From assembly GCF_009914755.1 (NCBI RefSeq), contig NC_060941.1: 64,000 bases of DNA. One strand, 5' to 3'. This stretch comes from the human T2T-CHM13v2.0 reference genome, Homo sapiens. Each line of letters begins with the position of its first letter. Position 1 is the first letter of the stretch. The position numbers and the translations under genes are program-made. Shown one piece after another: positions 27,191 to 41,849 of the stretch. The notes under the pieces were generated by a model. The model was not told the origin of the DNA and searched no databases. It saw nothing but the letters and a program-made list of their open reading frames with translations.

Positions 27191-28304
27191 TCTAAGAGTG
27201 ACTTAATGAAAGCTATATTAATTCACAATGTGGCCATACCATGCTTTGTAATGGAACAGACATCATTCTCTTCTCAGTCACAGCTAATGAAACTATCTTA
27301 GGAGGTCCTCCCTAGATAAGACTTTTTGTCTATAAAAAGGAAGTGGAAACTTTCAAGGGGAATTAAATCCCAGAATAATAACTGCCATAATCTGTAGCAC
27401 ATTCTCACTCACAAAGCAAGTACTTCATAGCACTTTTACCCCTTTTTGTTTCCTGTGTTATAGGAGAAAAAAGTAAATTCAGAGTTTCTGTATCTTCTTT
27501 GTTGCTCAAGATCACAAATTAATAAGGGGCAGAAGTAGGACTCAAACCCAGGCCCACAGGTATCTAATTCACTGGTCTTTCCTCACCCTACCCTCCTCCC
27601 TGCCTCATTCTTCTCCCTGTCTTGCAGTCACGCTACTCTTTGCCAAAGTCTGGAGATGATTTTCAGAGGAATCTACCCTGAAGGAGAAATATACTTTGAT
27701 TTCCAATTTGATTGAATGTACAGCTAAATTAACTTGCTGGAGAAAATCTATTTTCAGTGTATATTTTTAACAATTAACAAACATAGTGCATATGTTAGAA
27801 ACAAAAAATAAACCATAAACAAAGACAATGGAAGAGGTGAAGTAAACAGGCCTTTCTCTCTCTCTAACCCAATTGGGAGTCCATTGCTATCCATCTTATT
27901 AAGGATGGTTACAGAGAGGAGACTCATCCATATTTTTTTGTCTCTCTCTCTGTCTGGAGACAGTTTTACACATGCTTTGCTTAATGGACATTTCCCCATG
28001 GTCAAAATTATGTTCCATTCACTGTCATTTCCCCATGCCAAAGTTGATTTTTTTGACAAGCTCCACTGTTAACTCTGCAGCCCAGATGTTTCCATGGCAG
28101 CGGGTAAGCTGTGGCTGCAGAAACAGCCTTCCCCTCCACAGTCACACTGGTATTTAAAATGATAATCGCAAGTGCAATGTTAAAGTCAGCTAAGCTTTGG
28201 TATTTTTATATAATGATTGTACTGTTTTTATTTAAATAATAAATATCCATTTCAAAATTATTTTGTTATTGTGAGTATTATGTTTTATTCAAACAATGAA
28301 GATT

Positions 28305-28415
28305 AAAATTAAGAAAGGAAAAGGAAGGAAAGAGAGGAGAGGAAAGCAGGGGAGAGGAGGGGAGGGAAGGAGAGGAAAGGAGGGAAAGGGAGGGATGGGA
28401 AGCAAAAAGAGAAGA
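28305..28415. repeat. GA-rich low-complexity tract
   Basis: aagaaaggaaaaggaaggaaagagaggagagg... Confidence 0.85.
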
Positions 28416-28548
28416 GCTACGTTCCAAGATGCCAGTGTCTTGTGTTATTAATAAAAATAAATTTAAAGATCAAATTTCTTTTTCAATATTAAGATACCTA
28501 GTAATTACAGCATTTCTCATTCCCATCAGCTTCCAATTCTCTTCTCAG

Positions 28549-28654
28549 CATGCCTAGGAAATTTGAATACATTCCAGGAAAGAAGTCCAATCAAGACGTT
28601 ACTGCTAAGGTCGTAGCAAAGGAAATGTTCACAGCAAAGACAGGGACGACCAAG
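28549..28654 (+). other. Candidate exon (lncRNA or small ORF MPRKFEYIPGKKSNQDVTAKVVAKEMFTAKTGTTK...)
   Basis: Acceptor ttccaattctcttctcag|, donor AAG|gtaagt, ATG at 28550 with A at -3, 35 open codons to the donor; no expression evidence. Confidence 0.3.
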
Positions 28655-29037
28655 GTAAGTCTCCCTAGGAGATCTGCTCTCTCTGTATTTGCTTCATCAG
28701 CAGTTTTTCTTTCACATTTAAATGTTTGAGCAGAGAACTATGCTCCACGAGCAAGAACCCAGCAAGGCTGAGCATGCATGAACACAGTTAACTTTTGTCA
28801 CCAAATGCAGCTTGCAGCAAATTTAATCTGAAACATACTTCATAATGTTAAGAGTGCTTATTATGTTGCAGGGTGATTAGCATAAACAGTAAACAATTCA
28901 CAAAGATGAAATTACATTTACATGGTGGAATTGAATGTTTCTCCTTTTCTCTTGTCCTTTATTCTTTAGTATCATTTATATCAGTACAATAATTTACCTT
29001 TAATTTGTTCAATATAGTCAAGACATGTAGATATGGG

Positions 29038-29058
29038 ACACACACACACACACACACA
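29038..29058. repeat. (CA)10 microsatellite
   Basis: direct reading. Confidence 0.95.
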
Positions 29059-29362
29059 TAGTGCCAGAGTCAATTCACAAGCTAGGGCACCTTATGCCCC
29101 ACACTCATATCCTCTTGTTCACCATTACTCAAATTTCTACTCCTCCTCTACCAACTCAGCCTTTCCACAGTCTGCTCTTATGGTCTCTCAATCTTGAACA
29201 CCTGATTCATATATATATGTTTCTCACCCCCAGGTCTGATCCCTTACATGCTTGAGAGTCCAAGATAAAATCAAAGGAAATATAAACAGGTATTGAGTAG
29301 GACTAAACAGGTAGGACCTGTTACCACAGGTATTAGTTTATTATTAATACCACAGGTATTAA

Positions 29363-29430
29363 TTTCACAAAATTAAATGACATTTAATTAAATGACATTT
29401 AATTAAATGATGTCATTTAATTTTGTGAAA
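29363..29430. repeat. 20-bp perfect inverted repeat enclosing a 15-bp tandem repeat
   Basis: tttcacaaaattaaatgaca / tgtcatttaattttgtgaaa; internal aattaaatgacattt units. Confidence 0.95.
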
Positions 29431-30699
29431 ACCTAACCAGTATGACACTGCACATATTATTATAAACACAGAAGTTTTGGTTTAAAGGGTGTCTTGCTCA
29501 GGGCAACACAGGTAGTAAGAGGAATAAAACTGGCCAGGAATTCGGACTGCCAATTCTATGCTCTTTCTATGTGAACACAGAAAAGCTCTTGAGAATGGGT
29601 TTGAAGATAGTCTTGAAAGGATTTAATAGGCATTGTTTAATAGGCGTGGTTTATTTCTGACCAGCATCTTATCCCTTGAGATCCTACCTTCCCTGACTTT
29701 ATGTGATTCCATTGGTGATGGAAATTATTGATCTTTCTCTAATCATTTCTTGTTCTTCCCCAAAAGCTGGGTACATGCTTCAAGGTTGTTCAATCTTTTT
29801 ACTACATTCCTTTAACACTTTAAGTAGTCTGGAGGATGGGCATAAGAGCCAAGAAAGGTCATTCAGCATTCATGTCTCCAGAAAACGATCATTGGACTAT
29901 AGGAAAAAGCTTCATTTTTCCACTAAGTTTGCTAAACTGGAGCAATATTTTTCTAGAGCTGCTGGAAGTTGTATTTCCTGGCTGCAGGAAGGAGCTCATC
30001 TGCTGTAGTTGAGAAAAAGGCAGAAAGACCAGATGGCATGCTCTTTCACTTCTTTATGCTTTTGCACATATGGGTCTCTATTTCTAGAACACCTGTTTTG
30101 CTTTTCCCTCCAAAAAGGAAAATATAGCTAACTCCCAATCCTATCAGGTTTTTGTTCCTTTAGGAACTAGGTCCTCTTCCCCTGTGCTGAGGTAGATGTT
30201 CCTGCCCTATACTCGAATAGAATCTTATGTTTACACCTATAATTGAAGTTATCACAGCGCATTGCAATAACTGTCTATTGTCTTTTCCACCCTCTTTATG
30301 AAGAGCTCCTCATGGAGAGTAAGCAAGTCATAGTTATCATTGCATTGATGTCATTTTAAAAAAACGACAGCTACATAATAGATGCTCATTGTTTGTAGAA
30401 TGGGTGGATGGTAGGGGATCTAAGGTGAGTTTGAAAATTGTTTCTCAAACTTCAGAAGTTATTGAAAATTATCCTACACAAACAAGTGGAGGAAAATTTA
30501 GCTCCAAAAGTCCTGAAATTCTAAATTCTCTGAAATTAACATGAGTAAAACTAGACCCAGTGAAAATTATAAGCAGATACATTTTAGCACAATATAAGAG
30601 GAAAATTTCTACCAATCATACACATCCTCTAATAGAACTGATTATTTCACAAACTGACCAAAGGTGTTCAAGAAAGGAATGCTATATGTTTCAAGATTT

Positions 30700-31755
30700 T
30701 AGTGTCATTATTTCATTATCTTCTGGCTTCCATTATTTCTGTTAAGAAGTTGGCCATCAGTCTTTCTTGTGCCTTTGAAGGTGATCTTTTTTTTCTTACT
30801 TCATTTCACTGGTTTTAAGATTTTTCTCTTTATCTTTGGTAATTATTAGTTTTAGTGTGTTCTGTACAGAGATATTCTTCTTTGTTACTCATTATTGGAG
30901 TTTATAGCACTTCTTGAAAATGTGATTTGATTTTTGGGGTCATTTTTGGAAAATCTCATCCAATATCTCTTTAGACATTCTTCTGTTCTATTTTATTTTT
31001 TATTTCTTTTTTTTGGACTTCAGCTGTATATATGACCTTTTCATCATGTTCCCCTGTCCTTCTATTTTTAATGCTATTCTCTTGCTGTATTATTCTTGGT
31101 ATTTTTTTCTGACCTATCTTCCAGTTCACTAATTGTCTCTTTAGCTGTGGTTAATTTGGTGTTAAACTATTTAGTTCTTAATTTCAGTTACTATATTGTT
31201 TAGTTCTACAGTTTTTTTTATTCTTTTTCATAGTCTCCAGTTCTCTGCTTAAATTCTCCATTTTGTCATCCAATTTCTTGAATGTATTAATTATACTCAG
31301 TTTAAAGTTTATTCCTGATAAACTCTAACATATAGATTACTTGTGAGGCTATTTCTGTGATCTGCTTTTTTATGTGCTTTTTGATTAATTCTTACCTTTT
31401 TTGCCTGCCAGGTTTTAAAAATTGAACTCTAAATATTGTGTGTAAAAAATTACACAGATAATCAGAGCTATAAAAGATATTATCTTTCTCAGGAAGAATT
31501 TACTTTTGCTTGAGACAACAGTCACAATAAAAGTAGATCACTTACTCACCTTAATCCCTCCTTAGTCCCCCTTGGTGGGCCCTGATCTCAATTTTTAGCA
31601 ATGTCTCTCCTATATGAATAAAAAAGAAAACTCTAATTAGTTTTTCAGGCACCAAATGACACCAGTTGGGCTCAACTATATGAACCTACTTTTCTCTGGG
31701 TTTCTGCTTGCTCAAGTACTGGCTGCATTGGTATCTCTTCAATGCCTTCAAGATT

Positions 31756-31795
<40 letters not shown>

Positions 31796-32020
31796 ACACA
31801 CAAACACACATACCCCTTCAAAAAGGTATCAATCTAGAGCTACATACACATATACATCTATATTTCTTACTGTCTTGGCAGTTCTCCAATACCTTCAAGA
31901 ACTATTGAATAACTACCAAACATACTATTTTATATTATATATATGTTGTCCACCCTTTTTAGTAGTTCTTAGCAGGTAAGTTTGTCTAAACAAATTAGCT
32001 TGCCATGGCCAGAAGTGAAA
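30700..32020 (-). mobile_element. Ancient L1ME/HAL1-type 5' part (ORF1 region)
   Basis: T-rich antisense ORF1 motifs tcttctggcttccattatttctgttaagaagt, gacctatcttccagttcactaatt; 5' terminus-like ttgccatggccagaagtg. Confidence 0.7.
31758..31811. repeat. Imperfect (CA)n microsatellite
   Basis: direct reading. Confidence 0.95.
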
Positions 32021-32039
32021 TTCCACTATGTTGGAGTTT

Positions 32040-32501
32040 GACTGGATAAATCTTAAACTTTATCTGGAAGAGTAAATGCAAGAGAATAGCCAAGGAAATT
32101 TTTGTTTAATTCAGGAGAATTTGTCTTTATATTATAAAGTTTTAGTAATAAAACCACATGACAGTGAGACAAGAATAGAGAAATAGATCTATATAACAGA
32201 GAAAGGTATCAAGAGATGTTGGTTATATTATATATTTATTATAGTACTTTTTAAATATTATATAAAAGGAAGCATTTGCCATCATATAAAATGAATGTCA
32301 GATGAATTAAAGATCTAAAGATTCAAACAATCATAATGTTGAAGTAGAAAAGCCTTTCGTAGGTTAGCACACAAAGTAAAAACAAATGACAGATTTGTCT
32401 ACATTATATAAAACTTGTATAGGGCAAAAGATACCATAAGCAGTGTTAAAAGGTAAACATATAAACAACAAACTGGGAAAGACATAAACAGCAGACAAAT
32501 G

Positions 32502-32533
<32 letters not shown>

Positions 32534-33185
32534 TATACACAAAGTGGGACAGGTGAAGAGACAATTTACATAAAAGGTACTAGAAATAGCCAATAAACCC
32601 ATTGAAAAATGTTCAACCTCATTGTATTAAAAAAATCTGAGAAACAAAATAAGAGTTTTCTAATATTTTAGATTGACAAATATTTATATATATTTTTGGC
32701 AAGGCTGTGAAAATATAGGATCTCATATACTCTTGGTGGGAAGACAAACTGGTACAAATCTTATGGAAAGCTACTTTACAATATTTATCAAACTTTAAAA
32801 CATTCATATCATTTCACTTCTAGGAGTTTCCTCCTACAAAAATATTGGCACTTGGGTAAAAGACATATACTGAAGCATTATTTCTAGCAGTATAAAATTG
32901 GAAATTACCTAAATGTCCCTAAGTAAAAGAATGGTTAATTAAATATTCGTGAATATATTAAATAGTATATTATATACTTATTAAAATGCATAAGGCAGGT
33001 CTATACTTATTATCATAAACTCTATATTGATTAGTGAGAAAAGCAAATTATAAAAATTTTATAGTATGATGTCTTTGAAAAACCTCTGTGAATTATTCCA
33101 TATACATTATGTGTGTAGGTGTCTATGTACTATTGTGAATTATTACATATATATATTGTGTATGTGTCTGTGTATGTGTGTGCAA
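32040..33185 (+). mobile_element. L1ME (L1ME4-like) ORF2 3' part
   Basis: aagagaatagccaagg, aatagccaataaac...aaaatgttcaacctca, ttggaaattacctaaatgtcc. Confidence 0.75.
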
Positions 33186-33532
33186 GGGGCTTGTTGAGAG
33201 AGCTGAACCCAGTAACCAACAGAAAATGGCTGTGGGGTGATTGTTTACATGCCCCCCAACCCCATTCATATGCTGCTATATCAGGCAAATCCCAAAGCTT
33301 CTTTTCTGATCACTTGCAGCTATTAAGAAATCCAGCCAGTAAAATGAAAACTTCAACTTCACATCCAATTGAAAACTTCTCCTCTCTTGCCAGCACAGGC
33401 CTAATCCTAGTTTCTAGGATTAATCCTAATCCTAGCGGGGTAGAGAGAATGTCTTCTCTTACACTCTTCCTTTCTTTCCTCCTACCGTTGTTGATGACTC
33501 CAACAGGGTCAAGTCCTGAAAAAGGAGGTGTC

Positions 33533-33836
<304 letters not shown>

Positions 33837-34789
33837 AAAAAGGAGGTGTCAAAGGAAAAGGACAAAATGTCTTACTCAGCCAGTGCTGGCTGTGATAATC
33901 CCATCTGTCATGACAGGCATCTAAATTCTGGCTCCTTCATGGAAACCTTTATGGGAACCTTCAACATTACTGAGGGAGCCACTCTCCACTTACCCTCCTG
34001 CAACTTCTCACAGTGGTTCACCCTACAAGCTCATACTTCTGGGGTCCCTCCACCCTAACAGGCCACTCTTTGGAGCAGATTTCTGTCAAGATGTCTAAAG
34101 TCCAGTGGTTCTCTACGCATGACGCTCACACATTCTTTTTCCACCATATACAACTTGTCAAACTGCTGACTCTCCCCAGGATGTGCCATCCCGGGCAGCC
34201 CTAGCCAGACTCCTGCCTTCAGTCTTCACCTACAGGAAAATAGTCACCTGTCACTACAGGCATGTACACCCCAACTCCCACAGACACACTCGAGGCTCCC
34301 CCATATAACCCTCCAGTCTCAGTCCACCTCAGTGCCCTGACCAGGATGAGCTTCCAATACCCCAGCTCAGCAGGTATTCGGCCAAGGAATAGAGTGCCCA
34401 TTTCCTCCCACACAGGAATGAGCTATTCACATAGGGAGCCCCCTAACTGGGCCTGAAACAGAGGAGGAGAGAAAAGCTAACGACCTCTCTACTCCTACAA
34501 ATTCCCTTCAAATACTCTTATTTCAAATTGATTTCTAGTCTACTTTTACTAGGCTGTTAGTATTTATGTCACTGGTCTCCATTTGCTTTGTTTTAGAAAA
34601 TCCTATGGGGTGTATTTTGTGCTTCTCTTTAGAATACGGGGACCCTTATCACCAATTGTTTTCAAATTTAATGCGTTGACTGCAAATCTGAAACAATAGG
34701 AAATATCCCATTTAGCACTCTGTCCCGTTTATGCCACACACACTCTCATGCACGCACGTGCGCACGTGTGCAAACACATGTAGTTTGTT

Positions 34790-34960
34790 GAGCGGAACAA
34801 GATCTAGGATACCCACAAAGTGTTAACGCCGGTGATCTCTGCAGTAGAATTGCAGGCCAGTGTGAATGGTAACTTTTACTTTTCACTCTATTTCTGTATT
34901 ATTGAATTTGCTTATAATAACCATGCAATTCTTTTGTAATTAAGAAAAGAATAAAATAGT
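34790..34960 (+). mobile_element. L1ME4-like extreme 3' end
   Basis: ggatacccacaaagtgttaacgccggtgatctctg...ttctgtattattgaattt...cttttgtaattaagaaaa. Confidence 0.65.
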
Positions 34961-34964
34961 AATG

Positions 34965-35190
34965 GTAGTAATAATAATAAAATATTGATAAATGCTGGCA
35001 GTCTTAAGTCTCAAAGTACCAGGCTATACTAGATGCCTTATTAACATAATGTGTTTTAATCCTCTCCACAGCTTCATAATTACAGCCTTTTCACAGATGA
35101 GGAAACTGAAATTCTTTGGTCAATTTAGTCCAAGTTCTAATCTGGGCTTGGCTTAAAAAACAAGGAAGTCTGCCTCCAGAAATCCGTGGC
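34965..35190 (-). mobile_element. MIR
   Basis: tttaatcctctcca...ttcacagatgaggaaactga. Confidence 0.65.
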
Positions 35191-35496
35191 AATTTAATCT
35201 TTCATAGCACTTCATAGCAGTGCCCAAGTGACAGGCAGAGAAACAGTGTTGTTGACTTGACTACAGACTGTGAACTGCTTTTGTGCACCTGTTGCACCCA
35301 GTACGGTGTGCTGTGTAGGTGTTTATAAGATGTTCCATAAATGCTTGTTGGATGGGTTGGGAGATCATATAATTTATCATTCAAATCAGGACACTTCTGA
35401 TAGTGAAAGTGGGTGCTATTCATAGTTACATAGGTACAACGTGAAAAATCAGTACTGTTATGCACAAAGGAGTTGCACAAAGGTCACCCTGTTGGT

Positions 35497-35630
35497 GGAA
35501 GGAAGGAAGGAAGGAAGCAAGGAAGGAAGGGAGGGAGGGAAGAAGGAAGGAAGGAAGGAAGGAAGGAAGGAAGGAAGGAAGGAAGGAAGGAAGGAAGGAA
35601 AGAGAGAGGGAGGGAGGGAAAGGAGAGGAG
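35497..35630 (+). repeat. (GGAA)n microsatellite, 14 consecutive units (35545-35600), 21 units in 35497-35600
   Basis: direct count. Confidence 0.97.
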
Positions 35631-35791
35631 TAAGAATACAACCATGTTGTTTTATGATCCTGCAAATCTTTGAGTAGTGAATAAAGCTTATTCTTCCACA
35701 ATTAAAGGCAAGAATCTTGAAAATAAAACAGACCTGCAGGGAGATGGTATATTTGTGTAAACAAGTTTCAGTTATAAGTTAGACATTTTAA

Positions 35792-36093
<302 letters not shown>

Positions 36094-36444
36094 TTAAGTC
36101 TTACATTATAAAAGAGGTGGGATGGAAAGTAATCTGGAAGAGAAGGCTGAAAGAGGAGTCTGAAGATTAAAAAAAAATAACTGTTTATTTTCCACTTTTG
36201 ACGGACAGATAGTGACTGTGTTAGGAGACCCAGTGAGGCATCCAAGAGAAAATGCCCTATGAACAAAGTTCTTTCTAACAATTCATCTGGGGAAGGAAAC
36301 GAGCTGGGAGAAGAGTAGGTCTTCTCTGTTGAGGATTGTGCTAGAACCAGGTCAGAGGCAGCAGAGATGCCAGTTCATACGCAGGCCCAGCTGAGGCGCA
36401 TCCAAACCTGTCCCCTCAGCTGGGAGGAGCTGGGCATGAAGGAA

Positions 36445-36590
36445 GGGCCAGAGCTGGGGAGTCAAAGTCAAGCCCTAGACACACTACTTGGGCAAGTTGT
36501 GCCTCACTTTCCTCATCTGTCCATCTGAGATGAAAATAGCCACTTTACAGAATAAGGTGGAAATTCAAAGAAACAAAATGTAGCAGACAC
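36445..36590 (+). mobile_element. MIR remnant
   Basis: ttgggcaagttgtgcctcactttcctcatctgt. Confidence 0.6.
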
Positions 36591-37699
36591 ATGCCTCCCT
36601 TACCATGGCCATTGTCTTTAAAGTACAGTCCACCTGTTCTGGATAAGGGCGAGCAGCTGAGGACACGTGCTCAACTAGTCAATGCTGTTTCATATCTGAT
36701 GCTGATGCTGTGGACAACAGGGGACTTCATGTCATTGTTGTCTCCCAGGTCACATCATGGGCTGAAAGATAGCTTCGGCTTTCTGAGAACATGGCTCTGC
36801 ATCCCACCATTTACTTCCCTCTTCCGAGGGGATTTTCCTCTTGGAATCAGGCTCTTCATTCTGTGGAATCTGGAGCTTCACCAAGAGGCAGGCTGAGTGT
36901 GCAAGGTTGGGCATCCCTGGTTATACTAACATTGCAACTTGTGTTTACAACACAAGTTAGGGTAAGGATGCGTCTATGTGAGCATGTTCATGCGTGTGCA
37001 CACACATGTGCATGTGTGCATGCAGGCATGTTCATGTCTGCGTGTGCATATATCTTTAGTGGGAGAGAAAGAAGGAGAATGGAAAGGACCGAGCCCACTG
37101 ATGTACCACAGATTATCTCCCAAGCAGGACCCCCTGCATCTGGAATATTCACTTGTTCCCAACATGCAGGGAGAAGAAAACTAATTCACAGATACACCAT
37201 ATTATAAATCTAAATTTTTAATGGCATTTTATGTTATTAAACCCTAATGAGAAAAGCCTGAGCAGAAGAGGAGTCTAGCTTATTAAGCTCATTTTTTGCT
37301 CTATTTTTCTTTTTCTAAAGAGATTCAAATTCAAAGTCTGCACAACAAAGGAGCGCTCATTCCCCTTTATGGAGTAATATGTTTGTTTTGTTTACTTTAA
37401 ATTGGGCTTAAATTAGGCCTCAGAAGGAGGGAATTCATTAAAATCCTGCTCTGTGATGTTGGCAGGTTGCCATCTGAGAGGCCTGTATTACTTCTCTTGA
37501 TAAAGTTCAAAAGAGAAATAACAAATGCCACAAATAAGAGGATGGTTTTACTCAGTGTGCCAATTTAAAATGTTTTCATTAGAGTATAAAATCATAAAAT
37601 TAGAAAGATGAAACTGATTCTTGACAGGTAGATCTTTCCCCACTTAAAATATACACAGATATTGTGTATACTATGTGTATTTCCTTCTAATATTTTTAA

Positions 37700-39500
<1,801 letters not shown>

Positions 39501-39879
39501 ATTATTGTATTTATAATATTTAGTCATCTTATCTGGAAATATGGAATGTCTCAATTTATTCGCATTCTCTTTTGTGTATCTCAGTACACTTCTATCATTA
39601 ATACCATACATGTTTACTTATTCCTAGGTATTTGCTAGCTGTTAAAAATATATTTTATTACATCTTCTCACTGTTTGTTAAAATGGCTGAAAACCTAAGT
39701 CCATAGGTGTCCATGCTTTATTCCAAAGTGAGAGATACTTCACCTTCTAGGATTATCAAAGGAGACAGCTGAGAATCATTTTTATGATGCTTATCCTGTT
39801 ATCCTCTTGAGCATCTATCAGGATTAAAACTGGAGAGGTGGGGAGAGTTTGCAAATTAGAGACTTTTTAGAAGAGAGAG

Positions 39880-41098
39880 CAGTGTGCGTGCTTCATCTCA
39901 TCTATCCCCTCTACCACCACCCCACCAACACACGGAGGACACGCATGAACCCTAAGGAAGAGTGTAGGATGCTTGCTTCTCAAGTCAAGTGAAAGTAGCT
40001 CCACTGGGGCCACTCAGAAAACTGGTTGTGTGTGTCCTGAGCTGGGGACACCGTGGTGTAGAATCTGATTCATGCCTGAGGCATCTACAGGACAGAAGCC
40101 ACAGCAGCCTCCAGCAGAGAGTAGATGCGGTGGTTGGGAAGAAACTGCCCCCCATCGACAGCAGATCTAAGAAATCTGTTTTTCCTGGGACCAGGTAAGA
40201 ACCAGTAGGGCTATCTGGCAGCACAAGAAGACTTGAACAGGTCAGGTGTGTGGCTCATGCCTGTAATCCCAGCACCTTGGGAAGCCCAGACAGGAGAATT
40301 GCTTGAGGCCAGCAGGTCAAGACCAGCCTGGGCAACACAGCAAAACCCCGTCTCTACAAACTAATAATTTTAAAAATTAGCTGGGCGTGGTGTCACATGT
40401 TTGTAGTTCCAGCTACTTGGGAGGCTGAGGCAGGAGGATCACTTGAGCCCAGGGAGTTGGAGACTGCAGTGAGCCGTGATCAGACCACTGCACTCCAGCC
40501 TGGGTGACAGAGTGAGACTCTGTCTCAAAAAAAAAAAAAAAAAGTGTGAGAAGTCCAGGTGTACATCCTCCAGGTAAGGAAACTGGAAGTGAGAAAACCA
40601 GAGAATCTCCTTAGTGTTAGGGGTTCTGCAAAGTACCCACAAAGCATTTCAAGAGAAAGTGCCCTTAAAACATCTCAGAGCCCAGAGAGTGGCAATGCAC
40701 AATATCAATCAAAGAAGACATTCCCTGCCCACTTGCCACCTCCTTTCTCCCACCCTCGTCCCTACCCATTTTGACTCTGGAAGTATTAGCAATGGTATTA
40801 GCAAGTGGGTGAAGGAATAGAAACGCTCACCCAAAGCTAGAAAATGGGAGCTTTTCGTTTAAATTTGCAGTTTGGACTTTGAACTGGACTGAGAATATTT
40901 ACAGGATTAAAGTCACCCAAAGAGTTTTTAATTATCTCAAAGAGGCCTGAAATATTACAGGGCCCTTCCTGGAATGTATCCAAAAGGGTAGGAAAGAATG
41001 TGCCCTTCCAAATGACTGTGCAGTGCAGGGGGAAGAACGGAATCAGGTTGTTGTCTGCTATATCCTTCCAGTTCCTATGTTCAACATAACAGTTGCAT
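39880..41098 (+). mobile_element. Possible ancient Gypsy-type LTR (MamGypLTR-like) split by AluJ
   Basis: ttggactttgaactggactgag and terminal gttcaacataacagttgca resemble my recall of the MamGypLTR1 3' end; left boundary uncertain. Confidence 0.4.
40240..40543 (+). mobile_element. AluJ
   Basis: ggaggatcacttgagcccaggga J-type right arm, A tail. Confidence 0.93.
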
Positions 41099-41596
41099 TT
41101 GTTTACATTTTAATATTTTTATAATAATAAATAAGAAAAGAAATCATGAAGATAGTCGAGCAGTTTAGGAAACTGAAATCCAATTAATTAATCATAGAAA
41201 GTTTACATAGCAGAAGATATTTGTAAAAGTGCCCAATCAAACCAGTAAATCAAAGGATGGACCCTTAAGGTTATCTGCTCCATTGTTCCATCTATGGACC
41301 GAGTTACAACTAAAGCATCCATGTCAGATGAAACTCCCCTGTTTAAGAAACCTGTAAAGGAGCTCAAATCAAGTAAAATCTGATGGTTTCTGAGCAGGGC
41401 CTTTGCCAGGGAGAACCCCTAACGGAAAGAGTGGACATTAATTACCAGGCCATAAAACTCATGAACGCAAAGAACATAACTTTGCAAAATTGTTCTCTAA
41501 CTCAGCTTCATAACTAGTCAGGGCCTTCATTCTATCTGAATAGATTGTAGCAAACCATCTATTCCATGCAGATAAATTCAGTCAATTAGCTGATTT

Positions 41597-41666
41597 TCTT
41601 TCCAGGAAGTACAAGCTAAGACTTAGTGACTTAGTGTCTTTCCAGGAAGTACAAGCTAAGACTTAG
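41597..41666. repeat. 30-bp direct duplication with a 10-bp templated spacer
   Basis: tctttccaggaagtacaagctaagacttag x2 separated by tgacttagtg. Confidence 0.97.
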
Positions 41667-41849
41667 CTTTTGGGGGTGGGTGTTTTGCCCACCCACCCCC
41701 AAAGTAGCATCTAACTATGGGGAGAGTTTTGGTGGGATAGGGTATCTGGTCTGCAGCTTTCCACCTATATCTGATGGAATCTGCTGGGATATAATTCCCC
41801 TTATATAAACTCTGGTCATTGCCTTGGGTCCCTTCTGTATCTACTAGCA

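Noticed and set aside
37650-37670. tatacaca/tgtgtata 8-bp hairpin
   Set aside because: Too short; expected in TA/CA-rich DNA.
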